NCBI GenBank assembly: GCA_030390025.1
Contig: CM059438.1
Span: 63,800,001-63,864,000, forward strand
Reading direction: 5' to 3'
DNA: 64,000 nucleotides
Source: Squalus acanthias
Lineage: Eukaryota
The translations under genes were made by a program, and so were the position numbers. Below the pieces are notes generated by a model that was not told where the DNA came from, made no database searches, and saw nothing but the letters and a program-made list of their open reading frames with translations. Positions 24,691 through 36,698 of the stretch are shown here, in pieces. The number at the start of each line of letters is the position of its first letter. The stretch's first letter is position 1.

Positions 24691-25435
24691 GTTGAGGCGA
24701 AGGTGCATTTTTTGGGTCGGGGGAGATCGAGCTTTACTCTGCTGTTCCATACCTGACCCTGGAACGCTTGATGGGTTGACGTTGGGCTTCCTGAAATGGG
24801 AAGAGTTCAATTTCGAAGCACTCATGGTGCCTCGGGTTCCTGCTGCTGATGACTGTCCAACAATCCCACAGCCATTGGATGATGATGAGATTGGGCGGCT
24901 GTGAGATTGGGATTGATTGCAATGCTTCCCCGCCTTGCCTCCGCCCCCCCGAACACATTTGAAGAGTGACCAAATGTGCAAGGTATGAGGGGCAACTGGA
25001 AAATCTGAAACTGTAACCCAACAAGGGGGCAACAGCTGCAGGTGAAGGGGGAAAGAGAGAAATTTGGTGGGGAAAAAATATTTAAAAAACTAATCACAAA
25101 CCAGTGTGTTGGTGGCATACAGTTCCTGTATGAGATAGGAGTGATCAATCGCAGGGTATTTGATGGTTGTACAGAAGTACATGGAGGGGACAGTGTGTGG
25201 CAGGAGCCCTAATTATTCCTTTCCTGTGCTCTCACTTGATTTTATCAGAAACTATTCCATCCCCTTTCCCTGTGCTCTCCCTGTATCGTGCATTGTGCGC
25301 AATGGGAAGGCCCACCACCCTACCTGCTCCCAGGCCTCTGCCTGCACTAGTTCTACACCTGCAAGAGTGAGACTCCATTCTGATGTTTCTTTCTTTCCTG
25401 TGAGAAAGCTTCAGGTCGCCCTTGAGTGGGGGGGT

Positions 25436-25619
25436 GGGGATGAAATTGGACATGGGAGGACGTAAAATGGGTGGCATCGCATTGGTCACTTGTGATAGGC
25501 TCTGCCCAATTTTCAGCGCCCTTGACTTCAATAGAACTGGATATCCGGCATGTCGTATAACCGGCGGCAAAAACGATTCCACCGGTTTTGCATCCCCGCC
25601 CATGTCCCCTTTCATCTCC
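25436..25619. mobile_element. Small (~184 bp) MITE
   Basis: TIRs GGGGATGAAATTGGACATGGG / CCCATGTCCCCTTTCATCTCC (18/21); no clean TSD. Confidence 0.6.
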
Positions 25620-26234
25620 AATATCTCTCTACTGTGGCCTGGTGGAGATCAGGATCTCACTATAGGGGTATGAGGGGCCCATCACCACACGCTGTATCAT
25701 CAATGGCACACTCATTAAATGCACTCTTGAATATTTTACCAACTCACATGCAATTTACCCACTTCCATCAAAATTTGTAAAATATTTCACTGATGTCTTT
25801 TTTAACTCTGTGAGCGATCAGCATATTTTGCATATCTTCTGTCATCATCAGTGCAACAATACTGATTGTAGCTGGGATTCCAAATCACACGGCATTGGGA
25901 TGAGTAAATGATCAGTACAAACTGTTCGGAGACGGACAAAGCTGCAGTATGGCAAAGGCAGGCCGCCACTCAACCGCACCTGTACAGTCGTCACGTGATG
26001 TTAGGTGAGTGTCTCCAGATGCATGGCACTCCCACTGTTGATGGCGCTGCTTTATCTAAAGCAGGGGAAACCTGGAGACTTGACGGCTGCGCTGGATCTC
26101 ACGAGCAGCAGCCAGACCTCTTCCTTTCACCAATGAGAATTACGGAGTCTCCAGGTTCTCTGCAGCAGATGAAGTAAATGGGGGACAGCAGCGCACGGAA
26201 GTGACGGGTCTCCATTTGAGACACTTCCTCAACT

Positions 26235-26525
26235 TTAGAACTGGGGGTCATAGTCTCAGCATAAGGGATTGGCCATTTAGGACTGAGATGAGGAGAAACT
26301 TCTTTACTCAGACGCTTGTGAATCTTTGAACTCTCTACCCCAGAGGGCTGAGGATGCTCAGTCATTGATTACACTCAAGATTGAGATTGATAGATTTTTG
26401 GGCACTAAGGGATAGTGCGGGAAAGTGCACTTGTTGTAAAAGTTCAGCCATGGTCTTACTGAATGGCGAAACAGGCTCAAGGGGCCATATGGTCTACTCC
26501 TGCTCCTATTTATTTTGTTCTTGTG
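26235..26525 (+). mobile_element. CR1 LINE 3' fragment
   Basis: TTTAGGACTGAGATGAGGAGAAA block and CR1 tail. Confidence 0.85.
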
Positions 26526-27054
26526 TTCCCCGAAGACCCATTTACACAGCACAAAAGTGCATTAACACCACCCTATGGGGTGTCTTCATCCAGCAGTGAT
26601 ATGCCATCTTCTGTTTTCTGCAGAATCACTTGAGTACAAACCTTCATTATGTCTTACAGTTGCAAACTGTCCTTCAAAGAGAGGTAGCTGATGGCCCACG
26701 CACTGAAATCAGAAAAGTGGTTTAAACCCTTAACCATGTTAGTGAGCTCCACAAAAATCAAGTTAGGAAGCTCTGCTTATTTAATCAGCTGCAAAAAGGT
26801 TGGCAGTACGAGGAGTCTTTGGAATCATGGTGGAGAAATTTCACAGCAATGCAATTAGCTGTTTGGTACCTGTGGTAGCATTGCACTCTAAAATGGAGAT
26901 TTTAAAATACTCCAGAATTGAAAGCAATGTATTGAAAGGCAGATTAAAATTGCATTACATAAATATAACTTCATAAAGAATATTTGCTTCATAAGTACTT
27001 TTTCTAAATAAAACACTTTCAATCCATCTTCAAAGATAGTGACTCTCACATGCT

Positions 27055-27435
27055 CAGCACATCCTGATAAGATTCGCAGCCAATGGATACTTTTGAGGTG
27101 AAATCTGTGGTTGTCTTGCAGACAAACACAGCAGCCAAGTTACACATAGCAAGGTCCCACAAACAGAATAGGGTGTTGGTTGCGGGAGGAACGTGGGCCA
27201 AGACACCAGGACACCTGCTGTTCTTTGAATAGTGCAGTGCAATCTTTTATGTCCAATCTGAACAGACAGATGGAGTGTTGGGCTTAATATCTCATCCAGA
27301 ATGTAGCACCTCTGGAAATGCAGCACTCCATGAGCATGGTAATGATCTTAATTTATGTTTTATAAATCCTGGAATGGGGATTGAACCTCCTAACCTCCAT
27401 GATTCAGAGACAAGAGTGCTACCTGTTGAGCTATA
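27055..27435 (-). mobile_element. Degenerate Deu-domain SINE
   Basis: Diverged match to the other SINE copies. Confidence 0.6.
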
Positions 27436-27460
27436 TGTGAAATCACTAGGTTCCAACAAT

Positions 27461-28212
27461 GGCCCAGAAATTGGACTTCGATGGTTGCCGCAGGGGTAAG
27501 GATCGTGCGCGATCTTACCTACCGCGCCTGCCTTTATGGTTTTGGCCCACACGAACTTCTGCTCCTGGGCCTCTCCCTGGTGCCGGTGCGCAGTGTGTGC
27601 GTGTCCCGGAGGTGCAGTTAGTTCGATGCGACCTCTGGGATCACGTGGGCCAGTTAGAGCCAATGGCAGCACACCATCTTTCATTCATAGTTTTGACAGG
27701 AAGAGCTGTCAAAACTATGAATACAACTTGCCCCCAAAAGAACAGCTAAACCTCAATTAAATTTAAAAAAAAACCCATCACATTAATAAAATAACTATAG
27801 TTAAATAAATTAACCACTTTAAACAAAAATTTAAATTTTTTAAAATGTTTTAATTCTTTTTAAAAGTTATAAAAATAAACTTACCTTTCTTTAAAGTCTC
27901 TAAAAAAGATAAACCTGTTGAAAATGTTTTAAAATAATACTTAATTAACTACTTACCTTGTTAAAAGGGGGTCTTACGCCTCCTTTCTTCATGTGTAAAA
28001 TCTTCAACACTTACCTTCGCGTTCAAACCTGAAAAAAAAACGAAGTGTGCTGCGTGCGCACAGCCTGTTCACTTAGGAACCGCCTCCTTCACAATATCGG
28101 AAGTGCCGGTTTCCCGCGCATGCGCAGTGCATGCAGGAAACCGGCACTTCGGGACCGAATATGGGTGAGTACACAGTGCGTACTCTCCCGTATTCGGACG
28201 AATTTCTGGGCC
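27461..28212. mobile_element. Harbinger-type MITE (752 bp), structured family copy A
   Basis: Perfect 12-bp TIR GGCCCAGAAATT/AATTTCTGGGCC and 3-bp TSD AAT. Homologous to 50457-51179 and 41262-41990. Confidence 0.9.
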
Positions 28213-28391
28213 AATAGCTCAACTGGTAATGCATTGCCCTTTGTGGAACTGTAATACGGACCAAGAAGGTCCCAAAGAGGTCCAATCCCTAATCTGTGCA
28301 GGGCAGTGATAATTGGTCTAACTGCCATGAGATAGAGAGGGTAAAACACAGCCAGGTTTCCCATCTCTGCTGACTATCTGTGACTCTTGCT

Positions 28392-28852
28392 GGAACATGC
28401 GAACAATAACGGACAGGAAGAGAACCACTGGTCCATCCGGCCTGTCCCACACAACTGCGATGCCTTGTGCATCACATTATATAGCCTCCATACCCCTTCC
28501 GAAAGCCACGTAATCTCCTGGGAGAGGCGAAAAAACCAGATAAAAACCGAGGCCAATTGGGAAAATTCCTCTCCGACCCCCTTAGGCGATCCAAACTAGC
28601 CCAGGAGACCACACTGGCCCCGATTAATGTCATACAGTGCCTACCGCTTATACCAGATGATCGCGGGCGCCCCAGCCAGAAACGGCTCCAGCTCTCGCTT
28701 GAAGGAATTCAGCAAACCAGTGCTCACCGCACGAGCTGGCAGCCTGTTTCACAGGTCCACTATTCTCTGGGAATAGAACCACCTCCTGACAGCTAACCTC
28801 GTTCTGGTCTTACATAACATGAGGTTGTGACCCTCTGGTCCTCCCTAACCTA
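28392..28852 (-). mobile_element. CR1-like LINE 3' end (family shared with 48483-48790)
   Basis: Shared GGAAAATTCCTCTCCGACC...AGGCGATC block; the minus strand encodes RFYSQRIVDLxNRL-like CR1 C-terminal sequence. Confidence 0.6.
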
Positions 28853-29319
28853 ACCGAATGATGTCTGGACCACTGGCAAGGACAGGATTTGGTTCAACTA
28901 CATTGTCCTCAACAGCCTATTAACCTTCTTCACTCCCTTGCTTCACATATGAAGAATAACCATTTGGTGAGGAACAGGACTATGGTGGGTGTCTGTGGAA
29001 CTGCAGCTCGGCATCAGTCAGTCAAAAAGGGGAACGGAGTCGTTGTGAGAGACAGAATCTCACCAGAGCTGTCTGTTTTTGAGTATCATCGCACAGGTAC
29101 ACAAAAAATCAGCCACGATCCTATGCTAAGTCAATTGCAATATTTTATGACACAGAACTGCAATTTGTTTTAATTATGTATCATCATACATCAGAGAAAT
29201 ACGTAACTTTTAATTTTTTACTGTAAATGTCTATTCCTCATCCGTGTTATTGGTCAATGACTAGATTATTTGTCTGATGCCATCTAAGTATTTTATTAAC
29301 TGATTTGATAACTCATCTT

Positions 29320-31640
29320 TAAGAACATAAGAGCATAAGAAATAGAGCAGGAGTAGGCCATTCGGCCCTTCAAGCCTGCTTCGCCATTCAATGAGATCAT
29401 GGCTGATCTTCTGCCTCAACTCCATTCACCGGCCCTATCGCCATATCCCTTGATGCCCTTACTAGTCAGAAATCTATCGACTTCTGTTTTGAATATACCC
29501 AATGACTGAGCCTCCACAGCCCTCTGGGGTAGAGAATTCCAAAGATTCACCACCCTCTGTGTGAAGAAATTTCTTCTCATCTCAGTTCTGAGTGGCCTAC
29601 CCTTTATCCTGAGGCTGTGGGCCCTGGTTCTAGACACCCCAGCCAAGGGAAACATTCTCCCAGCATCCACCCTATCAAGCCCTGTAATAATTTTGTATGC
29701 TTCAATGTGATCCCCTCTCATTCTTCTGAATTCAAGAAAATACAGGCCTAGTTTACTCAATCTCTTCTCATACGACAGTCTAACCATCCCAGGAATCAAT
29801 CTCGTGAACCTTCGTTGCACTCCCTCTATGGCAAGTATATCCTTCCTTAGGTAAGGAGACCAAAATTGTACACAGTACTCCAGGTGTGGTCTCACCAAGG
29901 CCCTATATAATTGGAGTAAGACTTCTTTACTTCTGTACTCAAATCCTCTTGTAATGAAGGCCAGCATACCATTTGCCTTCCTAATGGCTTGCTGCACCTA
30001 CACATTCACTTTCAGTAACTCATGTACAAGGACACCCAGGTGCCTTTGAGCATCTGCATTCCCCAATCTTTCACCATTTAGGAAATACTCTGCCTTTCTG
30101 TTTTTTCTACCAAAGTGGATAACTTCACATTTATCCACATTATATTCCATCTGCCATGTTCTCGCCCACTCACTGAGCCTTTCGAGATCCCCTTGAAGCC
30201 TCTTCACATCCTGTTCACAACTGACACTGCCACCTAGCAATGTATCATCAGCAAATTTGGAAATGTTACATTTAGTCCCCTCATCCAAATCATTGATATA
30301 TATTGTGAATAGCTGGGGCCCAAGCACCGATCCTTGCGGTACCCCACTAGTCACAGCCTGCCATCCTGAAAAAGACCCGTTTATCCCTACTCTTTGTTTT
30401 CTGTCTGTTAACCAATTTTTAATCCGTGCTCATATTCCATTTTTCCTTTCTTTATCGATTTCTTGGTCCCCCTTTGCTGATTTCTAAAAAGATCCCAATC
30501 CTCAGGCTGACCGCTTTTTCTGGCAACTTTATAAGCTTCCTCCTTTGACTGAATACTAGCTTTAATTTATTTTGTTAGCCATATTGGTATATTACCCCCA
30601 ATTCCATGTGCCCTAATTTTGTTCACCAACCTCTTGTGTGGGACCTTATCGAAGGCCTTCTGAAAATCCAAATACACCACATCTACCGGTTCCCCTTTTT
30701 CTACTTCACTAGTTACATCCTCAAAGAACTCCAATAGGTTTGTCAAACAGGATTTCCCTTTCATAAATCCATGTTGACTCTGCCCAATCTTACTATTCGT
30801 TTCTAAGTGCCCAGTTATTGCATCCTTTATAATAGATTCCAACATTTTCTCAACTACTGATGTGAGGCTAACAGGTCTGTAGTTCCCCGTTTTCTCTCTC
30901 CCTCCTTTCTTAAATAGCAGGGTTACATTTGCTATCCTCCAATCTGCAGGATCCATACCAGAATCTATAGAATTTTGGAAGATGACAACCAATGCATCCA
31001 CTATCCCAATGGCCACCTCTTTCAAAACCCTAGGATGTAGGTCATCTGGTCCTTGGGATTTATTGACTTTTAGTCCCATTAATATTGCTAGTACTGTTTT
31101 TTTACTAATAATAATTTCTTTAAGTTCCTCATTCTCGCCACACCCTTGGTTTTCTCGTATTTTTGGGAGGTTTTTTGTGTCTTCCTCCGTGAAGACAGTA
31201 TTTATTTAATTTCTCAGCCATTTCCTCATTCCCCATTATAAATTCTCCCGTCTCTGACTGTAAAGGACCTACAGTTACCTTCGCCAGTCTTTTCCTTTTC
31301 ACATACCTATAGAAGCTTTTACAATCCGTTTTTATATTTTTCGCTAGTTTGTGCTCATATTCCATTTTCCCTTTCTTTATCAATTTCTTGGTCCCCCTTT
31401 GCTGATTTCTAAAAAGATCCCAATCCTCAGGCTGACCGCTTTTTCTGGCAACTTATAAGCTTCCTCCTTTGACTTAATACTAGCTTTAATTTCTTTTGTT
31501 AGCCATGGTTGGATCACTTTTCCTTTTGGGTTTTTATGCCCTAGAGGAATATATATGTGTTGCAAATTATGCATTATTTCCTTGAATGTTAGCCATTGTA
31601 TGTCCACCTTCATACCTTTTAGTGTAGTCTCCCAATCTAT
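29320..31640 (-). mobile_element. 5'-truncated CR1 LINE with decayed ORF2 (RT)
   Basis: GNYRPVSLTS, YLDFQKAFDKVPH, SGVPQGSVLGP, KFADD and RPHLEYCVQFW motifs, with stops and frameshifts. Confidence 0.96.
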
Positions 31641-32064
31641 GGTCCATTGACTATTTCCTAACTTATAAGCAATGCATGTAACTTAGCGATATGGGGATAT
31701 ACTTCCAGATCGTGAATGGCTGCCTAACACTCTAACTACAGACAATCTGTAAGACAGATCTGCACCTCTTGGGTAATAGCACATAATAACATATATAAAT
31801 ATTTATATATTAAAATTTCTTCTGTCTAGTGCTAGTCTGTTGAGTTATAGCTCATGTGTTTATCTAGCTTCCCCTTAAATGCATGTTTCTGAAATGACAT
31901 TAAATTGGCTATTTTTTTTCAACCTTAAAGGCATACCATATTTCTCTGCTCTGACTATAGAAACAGGATGCTTCAATCCTATTGGCTGACCATTATGTTG
32001 TACAGTGCACCATACTGTTTGCATTGGAACCATTGACCGCGACATCCCACGTTGTCTTGCCACT

Positions 32065-33135
32065 GTTCTGAGGTCAAACCCAGAACGCTGCACATACGGT
32101 CTGTGCATGCGGTCACAAAATTAAGTGGCCTAGCTCAAGTCCTTCAAAAATCATCCAGCTCTCTATTATTACTATCTTGCAAACTTATTCAATGGACCTT
32201 TCATGAGATCACAAGCAATATAAGAGCCAGTGGAGAGTATGAACCAGTTTATATTATTACATTTGTACTCAATGTTTTTGACTTGATTTCCTCCCTCTCC
32301 ACCATCCGCCTACAGTTTCCTAAAGCAAGCAATTAAAGGAAAGTCCAGAAAATTACAGTAAGTGGAATTGCAAGAGCAGAAGAAAGGGGCCACGGGTTCA
32401 AAGACATGTTGATCAACACTAGGAATTGACTTCCAGATAGGTTGGACTAATCTGCAATCCTTAAGAACCAATTTGGATGTTACACTGGGATGAACTTCAG
32501 GAACCTTGTAAGCCTTTCTCTTACTACTGTTCGGACTTCGAGAATTACGAATAAGCGTAACAATGACAGACAAGTATGTGATCAATAAAATTCACACTAC
32601 AGTTCAAAATTCAAGTGTACAATCACAATCAATATGCTCCCAATTTACCCATACATAAAAGTATCTCCCCAGCAACTTATCCCAAGTCAACCGTACATAA
32701 AACTACCCTTTAACAATATCTAAGCTCTATGTCCGACTTTTATACATACTCCTTTATCTCTGGGTGATCGGTCCAGAAAGTTGTAAGTCGAAACATAGAC
32801 TGGCCAGCTTTCTTTGTTCGTCTGTTCTTCCACTTCTGTCTTCTTTCTTTCTGAATTTCCCACCTCTGGTTCACTTCTGTTATAGGGCCTTTCTGCCGGC
32901 CCCACTCGTATATCACTGTCTGCCTACCTCTGATAGGTCAGTTTCACTCCAAACGTTTCCTGATTGGAGTTCCTTCTGCATGACACGTTCATATTCCTGT
33001 GATGTGTGTGTGGGGGCGGGATGTCCTCGTCAACCCGATGTCTCCTTCCTGTCCATGTAGCCTTACAAACAAAGGACCATGCTGACCACCAGGCAAAGGA
33101 CCCCCTGCTGACTTCTGCCATTTTGTGTCTTCACA
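32065..33135 (-). mobile_element. Possible solo LTR
   Basis: The minus strand begins TGTGAAGACACAAAATGGC and has CCAAT then TATA-like motifs. The left boundary and TSD are not established. Confidence 0.25.
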
Positions 33136-34019
33136 AACAAAGAACACATGCTGATTTCCTACATTTTGAATCCGTCCGTAACCATTTCACAATTCGTTCT
33201 GCACTTCGATCGCCACACGGTAGCAACGGTTTTATTACGGATTTTAGAATCTTACAACCTTCCTGATGGATGAACAAAAACGGGCCGAATGCATTGCCTC
33301 GTCCATCATTATCTTGTGATCTTTTGATCAGATCTGGCTGACTCCTGGGCCTAATTGTTGGAAAGACAGAGCAATGTGCTTGCAACAGCGTAATATTTGA
33401 CTTGCTGTATGCAATGTTACGGGAGATCTGCTATTGCATTAAAAAAAAATCATTTTGTTTTGATACATGATTGCAAACAAGTTGGGACGCAATCACAATT
33501 TACCACAAGCTAAAGCAAATCCATAACAAATGAGCAATAAAGGTATATTCTCAGCATATAGAAAGTCCAGCTCAGCTTCTCTGACCTGGGCCTGCCTTTT
33601 TGCTGCAAATTGTGTTTTCCTCTCTTTAATGCAATCAGTACTCTGGACTTTGTCTCTTAAAGTATGTGTGTATGAAGGCTTCACATGTTGGCATCAAATT
33701 CCTCTTGTTTGCTATTTTAACGCATGGGGTTAACTCATGTTAAGGTCTTTGATAATTAAGAGGGCAAAGAAATTTCATAGGATGTGTTCAGCCTTCGTGC
33801 ACTAATATTTGAAGAATAAAATAGAATTTAAAGGTTCAAGGGTTTCATTTTCATCTCCTTAAATAAGTTATTGAAAACAAACTTGATTCTGGCAATTTAC
33901 CCCAGTGGTAAGTTAATGCTCAATAGACTGGACAACAGTGTGTGCTTTTGGTGCTGCAGTTACTCATCGTTAACCACCAAAAGTGTCTTAGCTCTGACCA
34001 AGCCATGGTTTGTACTCCC

Positions 34020-34422
34020 TCGAGTACAGAAGATTGAGGGGCGAGCTGATCAAGGTTTTTAAAATATTAAAAGGATTCGATAGGGTAGATAGAGAAAAAC
34101 GATTTCCTTGATGGGGGAATCAAGACCGAGAGGACATAATGCTACAATTAGAGCCAGGCTGTTTAGCGGGAAATCAGGACGCACTTTGTGACACAAAGGG
34201 TAGTAGAGATCCGGAATTCTCTCCCCTAAAAGGCTGTGGATGCTGAGACAATTGGAGCTTTCAACATTGAGATCGATAGATTTCTGTTAGGTAAGGGTAT
34301 CAAGGGATATGCAGCAAAGACTTGACAATGGAGTTGAGGTGCAGATCAGCCAGGATCTACTTGAATGGTGGAGCAGGCTCGAGGGACTGAATGGCCTACT
34401 ACTGTTCCTATGTTCCCATGTT
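34020..34422 (+). mobile_element. CR1 LINE 3' fragment
   Basis: Similar to the other CR1 3' ends; TGTTCCTA-type tail. Confidence 0.85.
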
Positions 34423-35255
34423 TCCATTTAAGTGGCGACTGGATGGATGTTCAGGCAGAAAAAGGGTTTGAGATATAGTACCTTGAGGTACTTTTTTTTA
34501 ACTTTGGCACCATTCATTTGCATGGCAATAGTCTCTTCCAATGCTGTCTGTTCCATTGTTCTGTGTTGCTAATCTGTCTGTGCTGTGGCAGTATGGCGAG
34601 TGTGAATACTCTGCTTCAGTTAGGAATAATAGGGTGCCAACTAAAAGTGTGATACGGGATGTGAGAACGCTGCAGAGCCTTTGTAATGGGCATGGAGTTA
34701 ATGACCGGTTCAATTACAGAGGGCTGGCCAAATGAAATGTTTCCATATTTGGCTATTCACATCTACTGTATGCACCAGACAGTCAGCTCTGTGATAGGAT
34801 GATACATTGGGAATGCGCGTAATTAAATTGATTTGTATCGCACCTCAGCACCAAACCAGATCTCACTAGTAAAAACCTAATCATCCAGAACTCATTCTCA
34901 TCTGCCAGTCCTTTCCACATGAGTTGTATAATCAACTGTTAAAGAAAACAGGAGGGCAATTACCTTCATATGTATACTGCTTGTGACAGCCTTTGCTGTC
35001 AAGATGGTCTTAATAAATACTTCAGAACTAAAAATAACAGGCCTGTTTGCCAATGTTTGACTTGTTCAATATGAATCTTTTCCTGACAAATGCAGCAGAA
35101 TGATCATTTAAAAATACAGTGGCCATCAATTTCCTGGTTCGCACTTGTGCCAAGATTTAGTTCAGGCCGCTTTGTGACCACATGATTTGCTTAAAATAGG
35201 GAGAGACAAGAAACATTGCAAACGAGAAAGGGAGAGATGTTAAAGGTATGGAGGT

Positions 35256-36183
35256 CGGAGGTCGAACTCCAAACCATCGTTAACACCTTCACCGAAGCGT
35301 ACGAGAGCATAGGCCTTACACTAAACATCCGTAAGACAAAGGTCCTCTACCAACCTGCCCCCGCCACACAGTACTGCCCCCCGATTATCAAAATCCATGA
35401 CAAGGCCTTGGGCAACGTGAACCACTTTCCATACCTCGGGAGCCTACTGTCAACAAGGGCAGCCTTCGGTCGCCTGAGGAAGAGAGTGTTTGAAGACTAG
35501 GACCTCAAACCCGGCACCAAGCTCATGATCTACAGAGCAGTAGTAATACCCGCCCTCCTGTATGTCTCAGAGACATGGACCATGTACAGCAGGCACCTCA
35601 AAGCACTGGAGAGGTACCACCAACTCTGCCTCCACAAGATCCTGCAAATCCATTGGCAGGATAGGCGCACCAACGTCAGTGTTCTCACTCAGGCCAATAT
35701 CCCCAGCATCAAAGCTTTGACCAGGCTCGATCAGCTCCGATGGACGGGTCACATCGTCCTCATGCCCGATACGAGACTCCCAAAACAAGTGCTCTACTCG
35801 GAGCTCCGGCACAGCAAGAGAGCCCCAGGTGGGCAGAGGAAACGCTTCAAGGACACCCTCAAAGCTTCCTTGAAAAAGTGCAACATCCCCACCGACACCT
35901 GGGAATCCCTGGCCCAAGACCATACAAAGTGGAGGAGAAGCATCCGGGAAGGCGCCGAATACCTCGAGTCTCTTCGCCGGGAGCAAGTAGAAGCCAAGCG
36001 CAAACAGCGGAAGGAGCGCATGTCAACCCAAGCACCCCACCCACCCGCCCCTTCAACCACCGTCTGCACCACCTGTGACAGAGACTGTAGGTCCCGCATT
36101 GGACTCCTCAGTCACCTGAGAACTCATTTTTAATGTGGAAGCAAGTCATCCTCGGTTCCGAGGGACTGCCTAAGAAGAAGAAG
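35256..36183 (+). mobile_element. RTE-clade LINE 3' portion
   Basis: GLTLNIRKTKV, HFPYLGS, AAFGRL, YRAVVIPALLY.SETW and QLRWTGHI motifs; C2H2-like end CTTCDRDCRSRIGLLSHLRTH; (GAA)n tail. Confidence 0.92.
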
Positions 36184-36230
36184 GATGAGGTGAGTGAAGA
36201 ATCACCCATCAAATGACCAGCTTTTTCTTG

Positions 36231-36698
36231 TGTGTCAGCCGTGGCTCAGTTGGTAGCATCCTTGCCTCAGAGTCAGAAAGTTGCAGGTTTAAGTCCCACT
36301 CCAGAGATTTGAACACAAAAATTTAGGCTGATGTTCCAGTGCAGTGCCAAGGGAGTGCTGCACTGTCGGAGGTGCTGTCTTTCGGATGAGATGTTAAACT
36401 GAGGGCCTGTATACTCTCAGGTGGATGTAAAAGATTCCATGGCACTATTTCAAAGAAGAGCAGGGGAGTTATCCCCGGTGTTGGCCAATATATATCTATC
36501 AATCAACATCACCAAAAAAATACATTATCTGATCATTATCACATTGCTGTTTGTGGGAGCTTGCTGTGTGCAAATTGGCTGCCGCGTTCCCTATACTATA
36601 ACGGAGTGACTACACTTCAAAAGTACTTCATTGGCTGTAAAGCGCTTTGGAACATCCTGAGGTTGTAAAAGGTGCTATATAAATACAAGTCTTTCTTT
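36231..36698 (+). mobile_element. Full-length Deu-domain SINE (SacSINE1-like)
   Basis: Head TGTCAGCCGTGGCTCAGTTGGTAGC (A box) and GGTTTAAGTCCC (B box), Deu core, TCTTTCTTT tail. Confidence 0.88.

Noticed and set aside
33140..33480. Candidate host exon or conserved non-coding element
   Set aside because: No convincing ORF with splice sites; conservation cannot be judged from one sequence.
36231..36305. tRNA genes at SINE heads
   Set aside because: The A/B boxes continue directly into the SINE body, so these are tRNA-derived SINE promoters.
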